Positions 37,776 to 45,985 of a DNA stretch of 64,000 bases are shown piece by piece. The stretch's first letter is position 1. Every line of letters begins with the position of its first letter. This DNA is from an uncultured Roseivirgaceae bacterium (lineage in GTDB: Bacteria > Bacteroidota > Bacteroidia > Cytophagales > Cyclobacteriaceae): positions 2,545-66,544 of the forward strand of contig CAZLWX010000001.1 in NCBI GenBank assembly GCA_964563295.1. The letters are read 5' to 3'. A model generated the notes under the pieces. That model did not search any database. It was given only the letters and a program-made list of their open reading frames with translations, and was not told where the DNA came from. The position numbers were made by a program, and so were the translations under genes.

Positions 37776-39896
37776 ATGAAGAGCGTTGCTGCAACCAGCT
37801 TCCTGCATGTGACCTATCTTTGGGATGATGCCACCGCAAGCCGTCTCTCTGGCAGCGAAGTAGATTTATTGATCTACCGATCAAACCTGCTTGGCTCCGA
37901 CCTTCGAATTACCAACTTCGGAGGGGGAAACACGAGTTGCAAAACCATGGAGCGTGATCCGCTCAACGGAACGGAACGTCAGGTGATGTGGATCAAAGGC
38001 TCGGGTGGGGATATCGGAACGCTGACGCGAAAAGGACTGGCAGCTCTGTTCGTCGACAGGTTGCAGGCATTGAAAAACCGCTATCGCGGTCTCCAGTACG
38101 AAGACGAAATGGTACCCCTCCTGTATCATTGCCTCTATGACCCCGATTCCCGTGCACCATCGATCGACACGCCACTCCATGCGTTCCTGCCTTTCCCCCA
38201 CATTGACCACCTCCATCCCGACGCAGTCATCGCACTGGCCGCAGCCAAAGACGGCGAAGCCATTGTATCCGATCTGTTCCAGGACAAACTCGCCTGGATT
38301 CCCTGGCAGAGGCCGGGGTTTGACCTTGGGCTGAAACTCGAACAATGCTTGCGGGAAAGCCCGGGCATTTCGGGAATTGTCCTGGGTGGTCACGGACTAT
38401 TCACGTGGGGCGAAACTGCGAGAGAATGTTATCATAACAGTCTTCAGGTTATTGAAACGGCCTCCGCATTCCTGGAGAAAAATGTTGGTAAGAAACGACC
38501 ACCATTTGGCGGAGTAAGAATAGCCACATCCAAACCGGCGGCTCGGAAAGACCGGGCGTCAAAGGTCGCTCCTTTACTGCGCGGTTTCTGCTCATCCAAC
38601 AAAAGAATGGTCGGTCATTTTTCCGACGATCCAAGAGTGCTCGAGTTTGTCGATAGTAATGACCTGGAACGACTGGCGCGAATGGGAACGAGTTGCCCCG
38701 ACCATTTCTTGCGAACCAAGATCCGGCCGCTTGTCCTGAACCTCCCCTCCGAAATCTCGACCGCCGACAGCGATATCAAGAAGCACATTGCTTCACAATT
38801 CGAGACATACCGCGAGGAATACCGCCGTTATTACAGCGATCATAAAAAAGCCGATAGCCCAGGCATGCGCGACCCCAACCCTGTCGTGATCCTTTGGCCG
38901 GGAGTCGGCATGTTCACATTCGCAAAAGACAAACCGACAGCACGGGTCAGCGCCGAATTCTATATCAATGCCATCAACGTCATGAGAGGCGCGGAAGCCG
39001 TTTCCGAATACGTCAGCCTGCCTCTGCAGGAAGCCTTCAATATTGAATATTGGAAGTTGGAAGAAGACAAACTGCAGCGCATGCCACCGGATAAGCCGTT
39101 GACCGGGCGCGTTGCCCTTGTGACGGGTAGCGCGGGCGGCATTGGTAGAGCGGTCGCGGAAAAATTCATGAAGGAGGGTGCTTGCGTGGTGGTCTGCGAC
39201 AATGACGAGGCACGGCTTGCGGCATCGCAAGCTGACCTCAGCAAGCAATTCAAGAAAGATCAGTTCATCACGACCGTGGTCGATGTTACCCAAATGGACA
39301 GCATTCGTGAGGCGTTCAATAGGGCGATGATGAATTTTGGTGGATTGGACTTGATCGTCAACAACGCTGGGATATCGATCTCTCGCGGATTCACTGAATA
39401 CACCGAGCAGGAATGGGACAAACAATATGACATCCTGGTCAAGGGTCAGTTCCTGATATCTCAGGCCGCGGTTCGGGTCATGCAGGCACAGGGGTTCGGT
39501 GGAGATATTATCAATATTGTAAGTAAGAACGCGGTAGTCGCCGGACCAAGGAACGCCGCTTATGGTTCGGCGAAGGCTGCGCAACTGCACATGACGCGAC
39601 TTATGGCTGCCGAACTCGCCGATGACAAGATACGCGTCAATGCAGTGAATCCCGATGCCATCATTTCCGACAGCAAGATCTGGCAGGGCGGATGGGCTCA
39701 GGACCGGGCCAAAGCCTACGGTGTTACACCGGAACAGCTTCCTCAGTATTATGCAAACAGGACTTTGCTGAAGGAAGTCTTGCAGCCGGCTGATGTCGCG
39801 AATGCTGTTTTTGTTTTTGTGTGCGGACTCCTTTCAAAATCCACGGGGAACATGCTCAATGTAGACGGCGGGCTTACGGGAGCATTTCCGCGGTAA
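37776..39896 (+). CDS. rhaEW: Bifunctional rhamnulose-1-phosphate aldolase / short-chain (lactaldehyde) dehydrogenase.
   Basis: 706 aa. The N-terminal class II aldolase/adducin-like part has YLWDDATASRL...LIYRSNLLGSDLRITNFGGGNTS. The C-terminal SDR has TGSAGGIGRA and YGSAKAA (YxxxK). Confidence 0.9.
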   Translation: MKSVAATSFLHVTYLWDDATASRLSGSEVDLLIYRSNLLGSDLRITNFGGGNTSCKTMERDPLNGTERQVMWIKGSGGDIGTLTRKGLAALFVDRLQALKNRYRGLQYEDEMVPLLYHCLYDPDSRAPSIDTPLHAFLPFPHIDHLHPDAVIALAAAKDGEAIVSDLFQDKLAWIPWQRPGFDLGLKLEQCLRESPGISGIVLGGHGLFTWGETARECYHNSLQVIETASAFLEKNVGKKRPPFGGVRIATSKPAARKDRASKVAPLLRGFCSSNKRMVGHFSDDPRVLEFVDSNDLERLARMGTSCPDHFLRTKIRPLVLNLPSEISTADSDIKKHIASQFETYREEYRRYYSDHKKADSPGMRDPNPVVILWPGVGMFTFAKDKPTARVSAEFYINAINVMRGAEAVSEYVSLPLQEAFNIEYWKLEEDKLQRMPPDKPLTGRVALVTGSAGGIGRAVAEKFMKEGACVVVCDNDEARLAASQADLSKQFKKDQFITTVVDVTQMDSIREAFNRAMMNFGGLDLIVNNAGISISRGFTEYTEQEWDKQYDILVKGQFLISQAAVRVMQAQGFGGDIINIVSKNAVVAGPRNAAYGSAKAAQLHMTRLMAAELADDKIRVNAVNPDAIISDSKIWQGGWAQDRAKAYGVTPEQLPQYYANRTLLKEVLQPADVANAVFVFVCGLLSKSTGNMLNVDGGLTGAFPR

Positions 39897-39897
39897 G

Positions 39898-41340
39898 CTA
39901 TACCGCCAGGATGTTTAAGAGCCGATCCTTTTGACTATAGGTAAGGGGATCATTCACCAGCCAGGCCGCGCCGAGCGCCGCAGCGTGTGGGTGATCCGAC
40001 ACGTAGACCCCCAGGTGCGGGGCCATCCGTTTCAGGCACTCCAGGAACACCGGGTTATGAGTAAAACCGCCGACGACAATCAAGTTCGGCACCTGGTGAG
40101 CAGGATCGATAAGGTCAAGAGACACCAGTTGCCAACGCGCCAGTTGACGTATCATGGCGTGATAAGCCTCTTGCGGCGAGGCAAAGGCATCCCAGGACGT
40201 TTTTCCAGACTTCAGTTCGGGTAGCGGACCAGTGCCTTCCATCCCGAGTGGAAAGATGATGCGCTTCGAATCAACGCTCAGACGGTCATCAATCACCGAA
40301 TCAAATTTGATCTTTCGATAGAACCCCGGATCAATTGCGAAGGCTTCGGCGATGGCTTTTACTTGCAAGTCGTGTTCATGCCCGAGAAAAATACGGGAAG
40401 CCTTGACCGGGTTGCCTTGACACGTCAGGTAGCAAAGGCAATCCTGCCGGAGTTCATCGCGGGTGAGCAGGTCGTGGTTAAAGGGATTAAAGGCAATATT
40501 CCATGTCCCGGTTGAAAGAAGCATGAAACGCTCTTTCATGGTTGCCAGATAGGGCATCAGAGAAGCTGAGCTGTCGTGAACCCCGATGCCAATGCGCAAA
40601 CTCCTTCCTGAAAGTCCCGTCATAACCGCGTGGTCAGGCAAGGTTACCATTGGAAACAGACGCTGCAATCCCTCCGTCAGGACCCACTGATGATAGTCCT
40701 TTTTCTCAAAATCGCAGAGCATCGTATGACATCCCACGCTGGTGATGTCAGCGAATATTTTGCGAGTAAGCAAGAAGCTCAAATACTGTGGCAGATGGAG
40801 CGAGGCGTCGATAAATGCAAATAACTCAGGCTTTTCATGTTTTAACCAAAACAACTGCAGTCCCGAGTTAAGCATACCCAACATCGGGGAAGCTGTAGCG
40901 AGGGGAATATCGTCTGACGCGTTGTAGGTCTCATTAAACTTGTTCCTGACCGGGTTGGGAAAAGGCTTAAGGTAATTGTAAAAAGGAGCCGCGAGCTGGC
41001 CATGGCGGTCGAGGTGGACAAGGCTGGCACCGTACGCCGAAACATTCAACGACCCAATGCGCTTGTTTGTCCGGAGAAATTCTCCAGTAGTTTTCTTCAC
41101 CCAGGTAGCGACGCCCGGAATGTCGTCGCAGGCAAAGCCATCGTCGTCGAGGTTCTCCCGGAATGATTCCGTTCGCTCTTCCACCACATTATACAAAGGA
41201 TCAAACAGTAAGACCTTTTTTGTGGTTTTGCCGATGTCAAAGATCAACGTGTAACTTCCTTCCAACAGCCTCGATTTTCCGCTATGCTGGCAAAAAAAAC
41301 GAAGATAGTCAAGTGCAATAGCATGGCCGGTATTAATCAT
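39898..41340 (-). CDS. rhaB: FGGY-family carbohydrate kinase, probably rhamnulokinase.
   Basis: N-terminal phosphate-1 motif LIFDIGKTTKKVLLFD. 480 aa. It is embedded between rhaEW and rhaI. Substrate is inferred from context, and the N-terminal roughly 30 aa and the start are uncertain. Confidence 0.75.
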   Translation of the reverse strand: MINTGHAIALDYLRFFCQHSGKSRLLEGSYTLIFDIGKTTKKVLLFDPLYNVVEERTESFRENLDDDGFACDDIPGVATWVKKTTGEFLRTNKRIGSLNVSAYGASLVHLDRHGQLAAPFYNYLKPFPNPVRNKFNETYNASDDIPLATASPMLGMLNSGLQLFWLKHEKPELFAFIDASLHLPQYLSFLLTRKIFADITSVGCHTMLCDFEKKDYHQWVLTEGLQRLFPMVTLPDHAVMTGLSGRSLRIGIGVHDSSASLMPYLATMKERFMLLSTGTWNIAFNPFNHDLLTRDELRQDCLCYLTCQGNPVKASRIFLGHEHDLQVKAIAEAFAIDPGFYRKIKFDSVIDDRLSVDSKRIIFPLGMEGTGPLPELKSGKTSWDAFASPQEAYHAMIRQLARWQLVSLDLIDPAHQVPNLIVVGGFTHNPVFLECLKRMAPHLGVYVSDHPHAAALGAAWLVNDPLTYSQKDRLLNILAV

Positions 41341-41422
41341 GCGACGTCCACTTTCCTTTCGGTCAGGATGACCGTGTTCGAACCATTTCGTTTATTTACA
41401 TTTAACTGCAAATCCCAAGCAC

Positions 41423-42706
41423 ATGCCGTTAAGGGCGGGTGATATCGACGCACACAACAACGATCATCTCAGCGTTCATCGCGAGCGGTTCCAGGCCGCG
41501 ACAACGCTACTAGGCGTTGACGACTCACAGATCGACGCATGGATTTCGAAGATCCAAAAATTCCAGGTTGCCATACCGAGCTGGGCATTGGGAACTGGCG
41601 GCACGCGGTTTGGAAGGTTCGCCATAGGAGGAGAGCCGCGCAACCTCAATGAAAAAATCGCCGACGTCGGTTTGATCAATCGCCTGACCGCGGCCACGAA
41701 CTCAATTTCCCTTCACATCCCCTGGGACATTCCCTCGGACCCCGTGCTCACAAAGCAGATCCTCGACAAATGGGGTTTGAAAATCGACGCCGTCAACTCC
41801 AACACCTTCCAGGACCAGCCTGGTCAACAGCACTCGTACAAGTTTGGATCCTTGTGCCACACAGACAAAGCTGTTCGACGTCAGGCCATCGCACACAATG
41901 TTGACGTCATTCAACATGGACTCGCATTGGGGAGCTATTGCCTTTCGATATGGCTAGCCGATGGTTCTAATTTTCCCGGACAGACCGACTTCCGAACCGC
42001 GTACCGGAACACCCTGGAATCCCTACAGGAAATTTACCAGAGTTTACCGTCCGGTTGGAGTATGTTGGTAGAGTACAAGCCCTATGAGCCCAACTTTTAC
42101 TCGATGGTAATACCCGACTGGGGAACTGCTCTGCGATTAAGCGAGTCATGCGGTGATCGCGCACATGTGCTGGTCGACCTCGGTCATCATCTACCCAACA
42201 CGAATATCGAGCAGATTGTCGCCCGACTTTTGCATTTCGGACGCCTCGGAGGGTTTCATTTCAACGGATCGCACTACGGAGATGACGACCTCACGACCGG
42301 GTCCATTAAGCCCTATCAATTATTCCTGATCTTCAATGAGCTGGTCGCCGGTGAAATTGATCAGTCGATTCATAATCCGAAAGTGGCGTACATGATCGAC
42401 GCCAGTCACAACACGAAGGATCCAATCGCGGATCTAATGCAGTCGCTGGAAAATATTCGAACCGCGTACGCGAAAGCGCTCCTAATCGACCGATCGCTCT
42501 TAGGCGAAGCACAATCTCGCAATGATGTGGTACGCGCCGAGCAAATCCTCCAGAACGCTTTCAACGCCGATGTCCGGCCTCTGATCGCCGAGGCGCGCCT
42601 GAGAAGTCGCGCTTGTCTTGACCCAGTCGAATTCTTCAATAGCCACAACATCCGCGCAGAACTCATCCGCCAAAGGGGAAAAGAGGCTGTCGCCACGGGA
42701 CTATAA
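41423..42706 (+). CDS. rhaI: L-rhamnose isomerase (xylose-isomerase-like TIM barrel type).
   Basis: 427 aa. WALGTGGTRFGRF, SLHIPWD and VDLGHHLPNTNIE match the RhaI-type sugar isomerases found in rhaEW-type loci. Confidence 0.85.
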   Translation: MPLRAGDIDAHNNDHLSVHRERFQAATTLLGVDDSQIDAWISKIQKFQVAIPSWALGTGGTRFGRFAIGGEPRNLNEKIADVGLINRLTAATNSISLHIPWDIPSDPVLTKQILDKWGLKIDAVNSNTFQDQPGQQHSYKFGSLCHTDKAVRRQAIAHNVDVIQHGLALGSYCLSIWLADGSNFPGQTDFRTAYRNTLESLQEIYQSLPSGWSMLVEYKPYEPNFYSMVIPDWGTALRLSESCGDRAHVLVDLGHHLPNTNIEQIVARLLHFGRLGGFHFNGSHYGDDDLTTGSIKPYQLFLIFNELVAGEIDQSIHNPKVAYMIDASHNTKDPIADLMQSLENIRTAYAKALLIDRSLLGEAQSRNDVVRAEQILQNAFNADVRPLIAEARLRSRACLDPVEFFNSHNIRAELIRQRGKEAVATGL

Positions 42707-42715
42707 ACAATCAGC

Positions 42716-43759
42716 ATGAGCGTAATATTGGGTGTCATTCTTCATGCGTTGGGCGGATTTGCGTCTGGTAGCTTTTACATTCCGTACAAGAAAGTGAAAG
42801 GTTGGTCGTGGGAGAGCTACTGGCTCGTAGGGGGCGTATTCTCCTGGATCATTGCCCCCATCATATTCGGGCTGTTGACCGTGCCCGATCTTTTTTCAAT
42901 CCTTTCAGAAGCTCCGCGCGAAAGTATTTTCTGGAGTTACGTCATGGGCATTCTATGGGGAATTGGAGGTTTGACGTTCGGCCTTTCCATGCGGTATCTG
43001 GGGTTGTCGCTCGGAATGTCGATTGCCCTGGGATATTGCTCATTCTTTGGGACTATCATTCCACCCATCTGGTACGACCAGTTTGGGTCGCTCCTCGAAA
43101 CCCGTTCGGGCATCACGATATTGGCTGGATTAATGGTCTGTCTGACCGGTATAGCCGTATGTGGCTGGGCAGGGATGCGAAAGGAAAAAGAACTGTCTGA
43201 CGCGGCCAAGAAAGCGACGATTCAGGAATTTAATTACTTCAAGGGCCTACTGGTGGCCACCTTTTCGGGAATCATGAGTTCATGCATGGCTTTCGGACTG
43301 TCGGCGGGCAAACCCATCGCCCAACTCGCTGTTGATTCAGGTGTCAATCCATTATGGCAGAATAATGTGGTGCTCGTTGTCGTACTTCTCGGCGGACTGA
43401 CCACTAACTTCGTGTGGTCTGTTATTCTGAATATAAGAAACGGATCAGGTGGGGATTACACCAATCGCGATACGCCGTTGAGGGCGAACTATCTTTTCAG
43501 TGCGATGGCGGGCACCACGTGGTACCTTCAATTCTTCTTCTATGGGATGGGAACCAGTCAGATGGGCAAGTATGATTTTTCCAGCTGGACATTGCACATG
43601 GCATTCATCATCACGTTCTCCAATCTCTGGGGTCTTTACTTCCGCGAATGGAAAGGTTCTCGCCGGAGTACGCTTAATATTATGATCGTCGGAATCATTG
43701 TCGTAATTCTTTCTACCGTGGTGGTCGGGTATGGCAACTACCTGGCTAGCTTGGAATAA
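42716..43759 (+). CDS. rhaT: L-rhamnose/proton symporter RhaT.
   Basis: 347 aa with 10 TM. The N-terminus ILHALGGFASGSFYIPYKKVKGWSWESYWLV closely parallels E. coli RhaT (FYAPFKKVKKWSWETMW). Confidence 0.9.
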   Translation: MSVILGVILHALGGFASGSFYIPYKKVKGWSWESYWLVGGVFSWIIAPIIFGLLTVPDLFSILSEAPRESIFWSYVMGILWGIGGLTFGLSMRYLGLSLGMSIALGYCSFFGTIIPPIWYDQFGSLLETRSGITILAGLMVCLTGIAVCGWAGMRKEKELSDAAKKATIQEFNYFKGLLVATFSGIMSSCMAFGLSAGKPIAQLAVDSGVNPLWQNNVVLVVVLLGGLTTNFVWSVILNIRNGSGGDYTNRDTPLRANYLFSAMAGTTWYLQFFFYGMGTSQMGKYDFSSWTLHMAFIITFSNLWGLYFREWKGSRRSTLNIMIVGIIVVILSTVVVGYGNYLASLE

Positions 43760-43782
43760 TCCAGATTCATGGAATTAACGCC

Positions 43783-44814
43783 TCAACTAACGTAAACAGC
43801 CTTATCACTCCTTTGGATGAATTTACCGAGGGAACGCAGCCCAAGTTTTTGAACCGAAGACAACGCCTCGAACTCGCGCTGATGAGCGGGGTCAACAGCA
43901 ACAAGCAGCCCACCGCTTGTTTGTGGATCGGCAAGAACAAGCTTTCTTTTTTCGTCGAGGTCGGCGATTTTCATTCCATAGCTTTCCAGGTTACGGAAGG
44001 TTCCCCCCGGCATGCTCTTCTGACTGATGTATTCCTCCAGGAAATCAAATTTCGGAACATACTTGAATTCGATCTCCGCCGAGAGCCCCGCTCCTTCACA
44101 CATCTCGGTGAGGTGTCCGAGCAATCCAAACCCGGTGACGTCAGTCAGGGCGGTGACGTAGGGAAGTTTTCCCAACTCACCTCCGAGAGAATTCACCGTC
44201 AGCATGGTTTCGACCGCGCGTTGCAGGTGGGGTTCTTTGACAATGCCTTTCTTCTGTGCTGTAGTCACAATCCCGATTCCCAACGGTTTCGTCAGGTAGA
44301 GGAGATCTCCGCCACGGGCAGTATCGTTTCTTTTCAAATGCGCTTTCTGAACCCTCCCTGTGACCGCCAGACCAAATACTGGTTCCGGGCAATCGATACT
44401 ATGCCCGCCGGCCAGCGGTATTCCCACCCGGTGACAGACGTCCCGGCCGCCTTCCAGCACCTGCCGCGCCGCCCCCGTTGGAACTTTGTTTACCGGCCAG
44501 CCGAGTATAGCGACCGCCATCAGCGGCTCCCCGCCCATAGCATACACGTCGCTAATCGCATTAACCGAGGCAATGGATCCGAATGTAAACGGGTCATCGA
44601 CGATCGGCATGAAGAAATCAGTCGTACTGATGACACACGATCCGTCACCGAGGTCATACACGGCCGCATCATCCTTCGATTCATTTCCAACAAGAAGGGA
44701 AGAAAATGCAACAGGGGTATTTTGGGTCTTGATGATGTCCTCCAGCACTGCCGGCGAGATCTTGCATCCGCATCCGGCGCCGTGGCTGTATTGAGTAAGT
44801 TTGATGGATTCCAT
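43783..44814 (-). CDS. selD: Selenide, water dikinase SelD (Cys type).
   Basis: N-terminus [16 protein letters not shown], with Cys rather than Sec at the catalytic position. AIR-synthase-like fold motifs. 343 aa. Confidence 0.9.
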   Translation of the reverse strand: MESIKLTQYSHGAGCGCKISPAVLEDIIKTQNTPVAFSSLLVGNESKDDAAVYDLGDGSCVISTTDFFMPIVDDPFTFGSIASVNAISDVYAMGGEPLMAVAILGWPVNKVPTGAARQVLEGGRDVCHRVGIPLAGGHSIDCPEPVFGLAVTGRVQKAHLKRNDTARGGDLLYLTKPLGIGIVTTAQKKGIVKEPHLQRAVETMLTVNSLGGELGKLPYVTALTDVTGFGLLGHLTEMCEGAGLSAEIEFKYVPKFDFLEEYISQKSMPGGTFRNLESYGMKIADLDEKRKLVLADPQTSGGLLVAVDPAHQREFEALSSVQKLGLRSLGKFIQRSDKAVYVS

Positions 44815-44893
44815 TGGGCAAAGTTATCAAAGTCTGCGAGTGTACCGATGCGCAAAAGCTCGGAGCGTTTCTTATCCGTGTGGCAAACCGGGT

Positions 44894-45937
44894 TTAGGAA
44901 AGCGCCTGCTTTGACGCCGGGATTTTTACCTCATCGACGAGCTGACGTGCAAACTCATCTTCGTCCCTTCCATCCCACCCGAGCCGGTGGCGGATGCGGT
45001 CGCGTTTTCTCGATAGTCCCGTTCCGTAGGCTTTGTCGTAATAGGTAAGCAGGATGTCAATGGTGGCAAAAGCATCTCCTTCCAGCCATTTTTCTTTCGC
45101 CGCCTTAAAGTTTTGTCCTCCAAGTTTGCGCGTGATCTTTTCCATGCTTGCGAGGAATGCGTCCTTGTCCGCGCCGCCGTATTCTGCGACGAGGCGGGAT
45201 ATCCTGGTCGTCTTGTCAACCATCATCTCGATGACCGGACTATGCGACATCTGTTTCCAAAGACTGTCTGGGAGAAAGATCCTGCCGATGGCAATCGACT
45301 CATCCTCGATCCACACCGGGCGGTCGGGATCGAGCTTTGCGATGTCCTCGAACAGGTCATTTTGAAACTGTTCGGTGGTCGGTTGCGGCGGCATCATCAG
45401 GCCGCCGAAGGCACTCCCTTTATGACTGGCGAGCCTTTCAAGGTCTATAACCTGTTCACCATTTCGGGCCAAAGCTCGAAGGATATTGCTCTTGCCGCTG
45501 CCGGTGCTTCCCCCAAGGACGATTAGTTTCAACGGGTGACTGAATGATTCGAACGCATGAGCGCGGTAAGCCTTATATCCGCCGCGCAACTGGTGAGTTT
45601 TTATCCTGGCCATGCCCACAAAATGGCAGAAGTTCGACGAGCGCATCCCGCCTCTCCAGCAATGAACAAGCAACTCACGCGACACAGACGTCAGACGTTC
45701 CGCCTCGTCAATGATAGCGTTGAGCCGCGGGCCGACCAGCCGGAATCCGGCTTTGATCGCCTGCAGTTGGCCGTGCTCTTTATATTCAATACCGACCGAA
45801 TGCCGCTCGCTGTTGTTGAGCAACGGAAGATTTGCCGCCCCGGGAATGTGGCCGGCGTCAAACTCGCCTTCGGACCGAACATCCACGACTGGAAGCTCGC
45901 CGCGCAATGCCAAAAAGTCTGCGATATCAACGATCAT
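44894..45937 (-). CDS. mnmH: tRNA 2-selenouridine(34) synthase MnmH (SelU/YbbB).
   Basis: Rhodanese domain with VDVRSEGEFDAGHIPGA and the active-site loop CWRGGMRS, then the P-loop GGSTGSGKS. 347 aa. Confidence 0.9.
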   Translation of the reverse strand: MIVDIADFLALRGELPVVDVRSEGEFDAGHIPGAANLPLLNNSERHSVGIEYKEHGQLQAIKAGFRLVGPRLNAIIDEAERLTSVSRELLVHCWRGGMRSSNFCHFVGMARIKTHQLRGGYKAYRAHAFESFSHPLKLIVLGGSTGSGKSNILRALARNGEQVIDLERLASHKGSAFGGLMMPPQPTTEQFQNDLFEDIAKLDPDRPVWIEDESIAIGRIFLPDSLWKQMSHSPVIEMMVDKTTRISRLVAEYGGADKDAFLASMEKITRKLGGQNFKAAKEKWLEGDAFATIDILLTYYDKAYGTGLSRKRDRIRHRLGWDGRDEDEFARQLVDEVKIPASKQALS

Positions 45938-45985
45938 GTCAGATACAAAACTCCTGCAAAAGTAACAAAGATACGACGGCGCTAA

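Noticed and set aside
43813-45048. A 411-codon + strand ORF antisense to selD and the end of mnmH.
   Set aside because: It is the in-phase antisense frame of selD (43813-43783 = 30). There is no recognisable motif. SelD and MnmH on the minus strand have unmistakable signatures.
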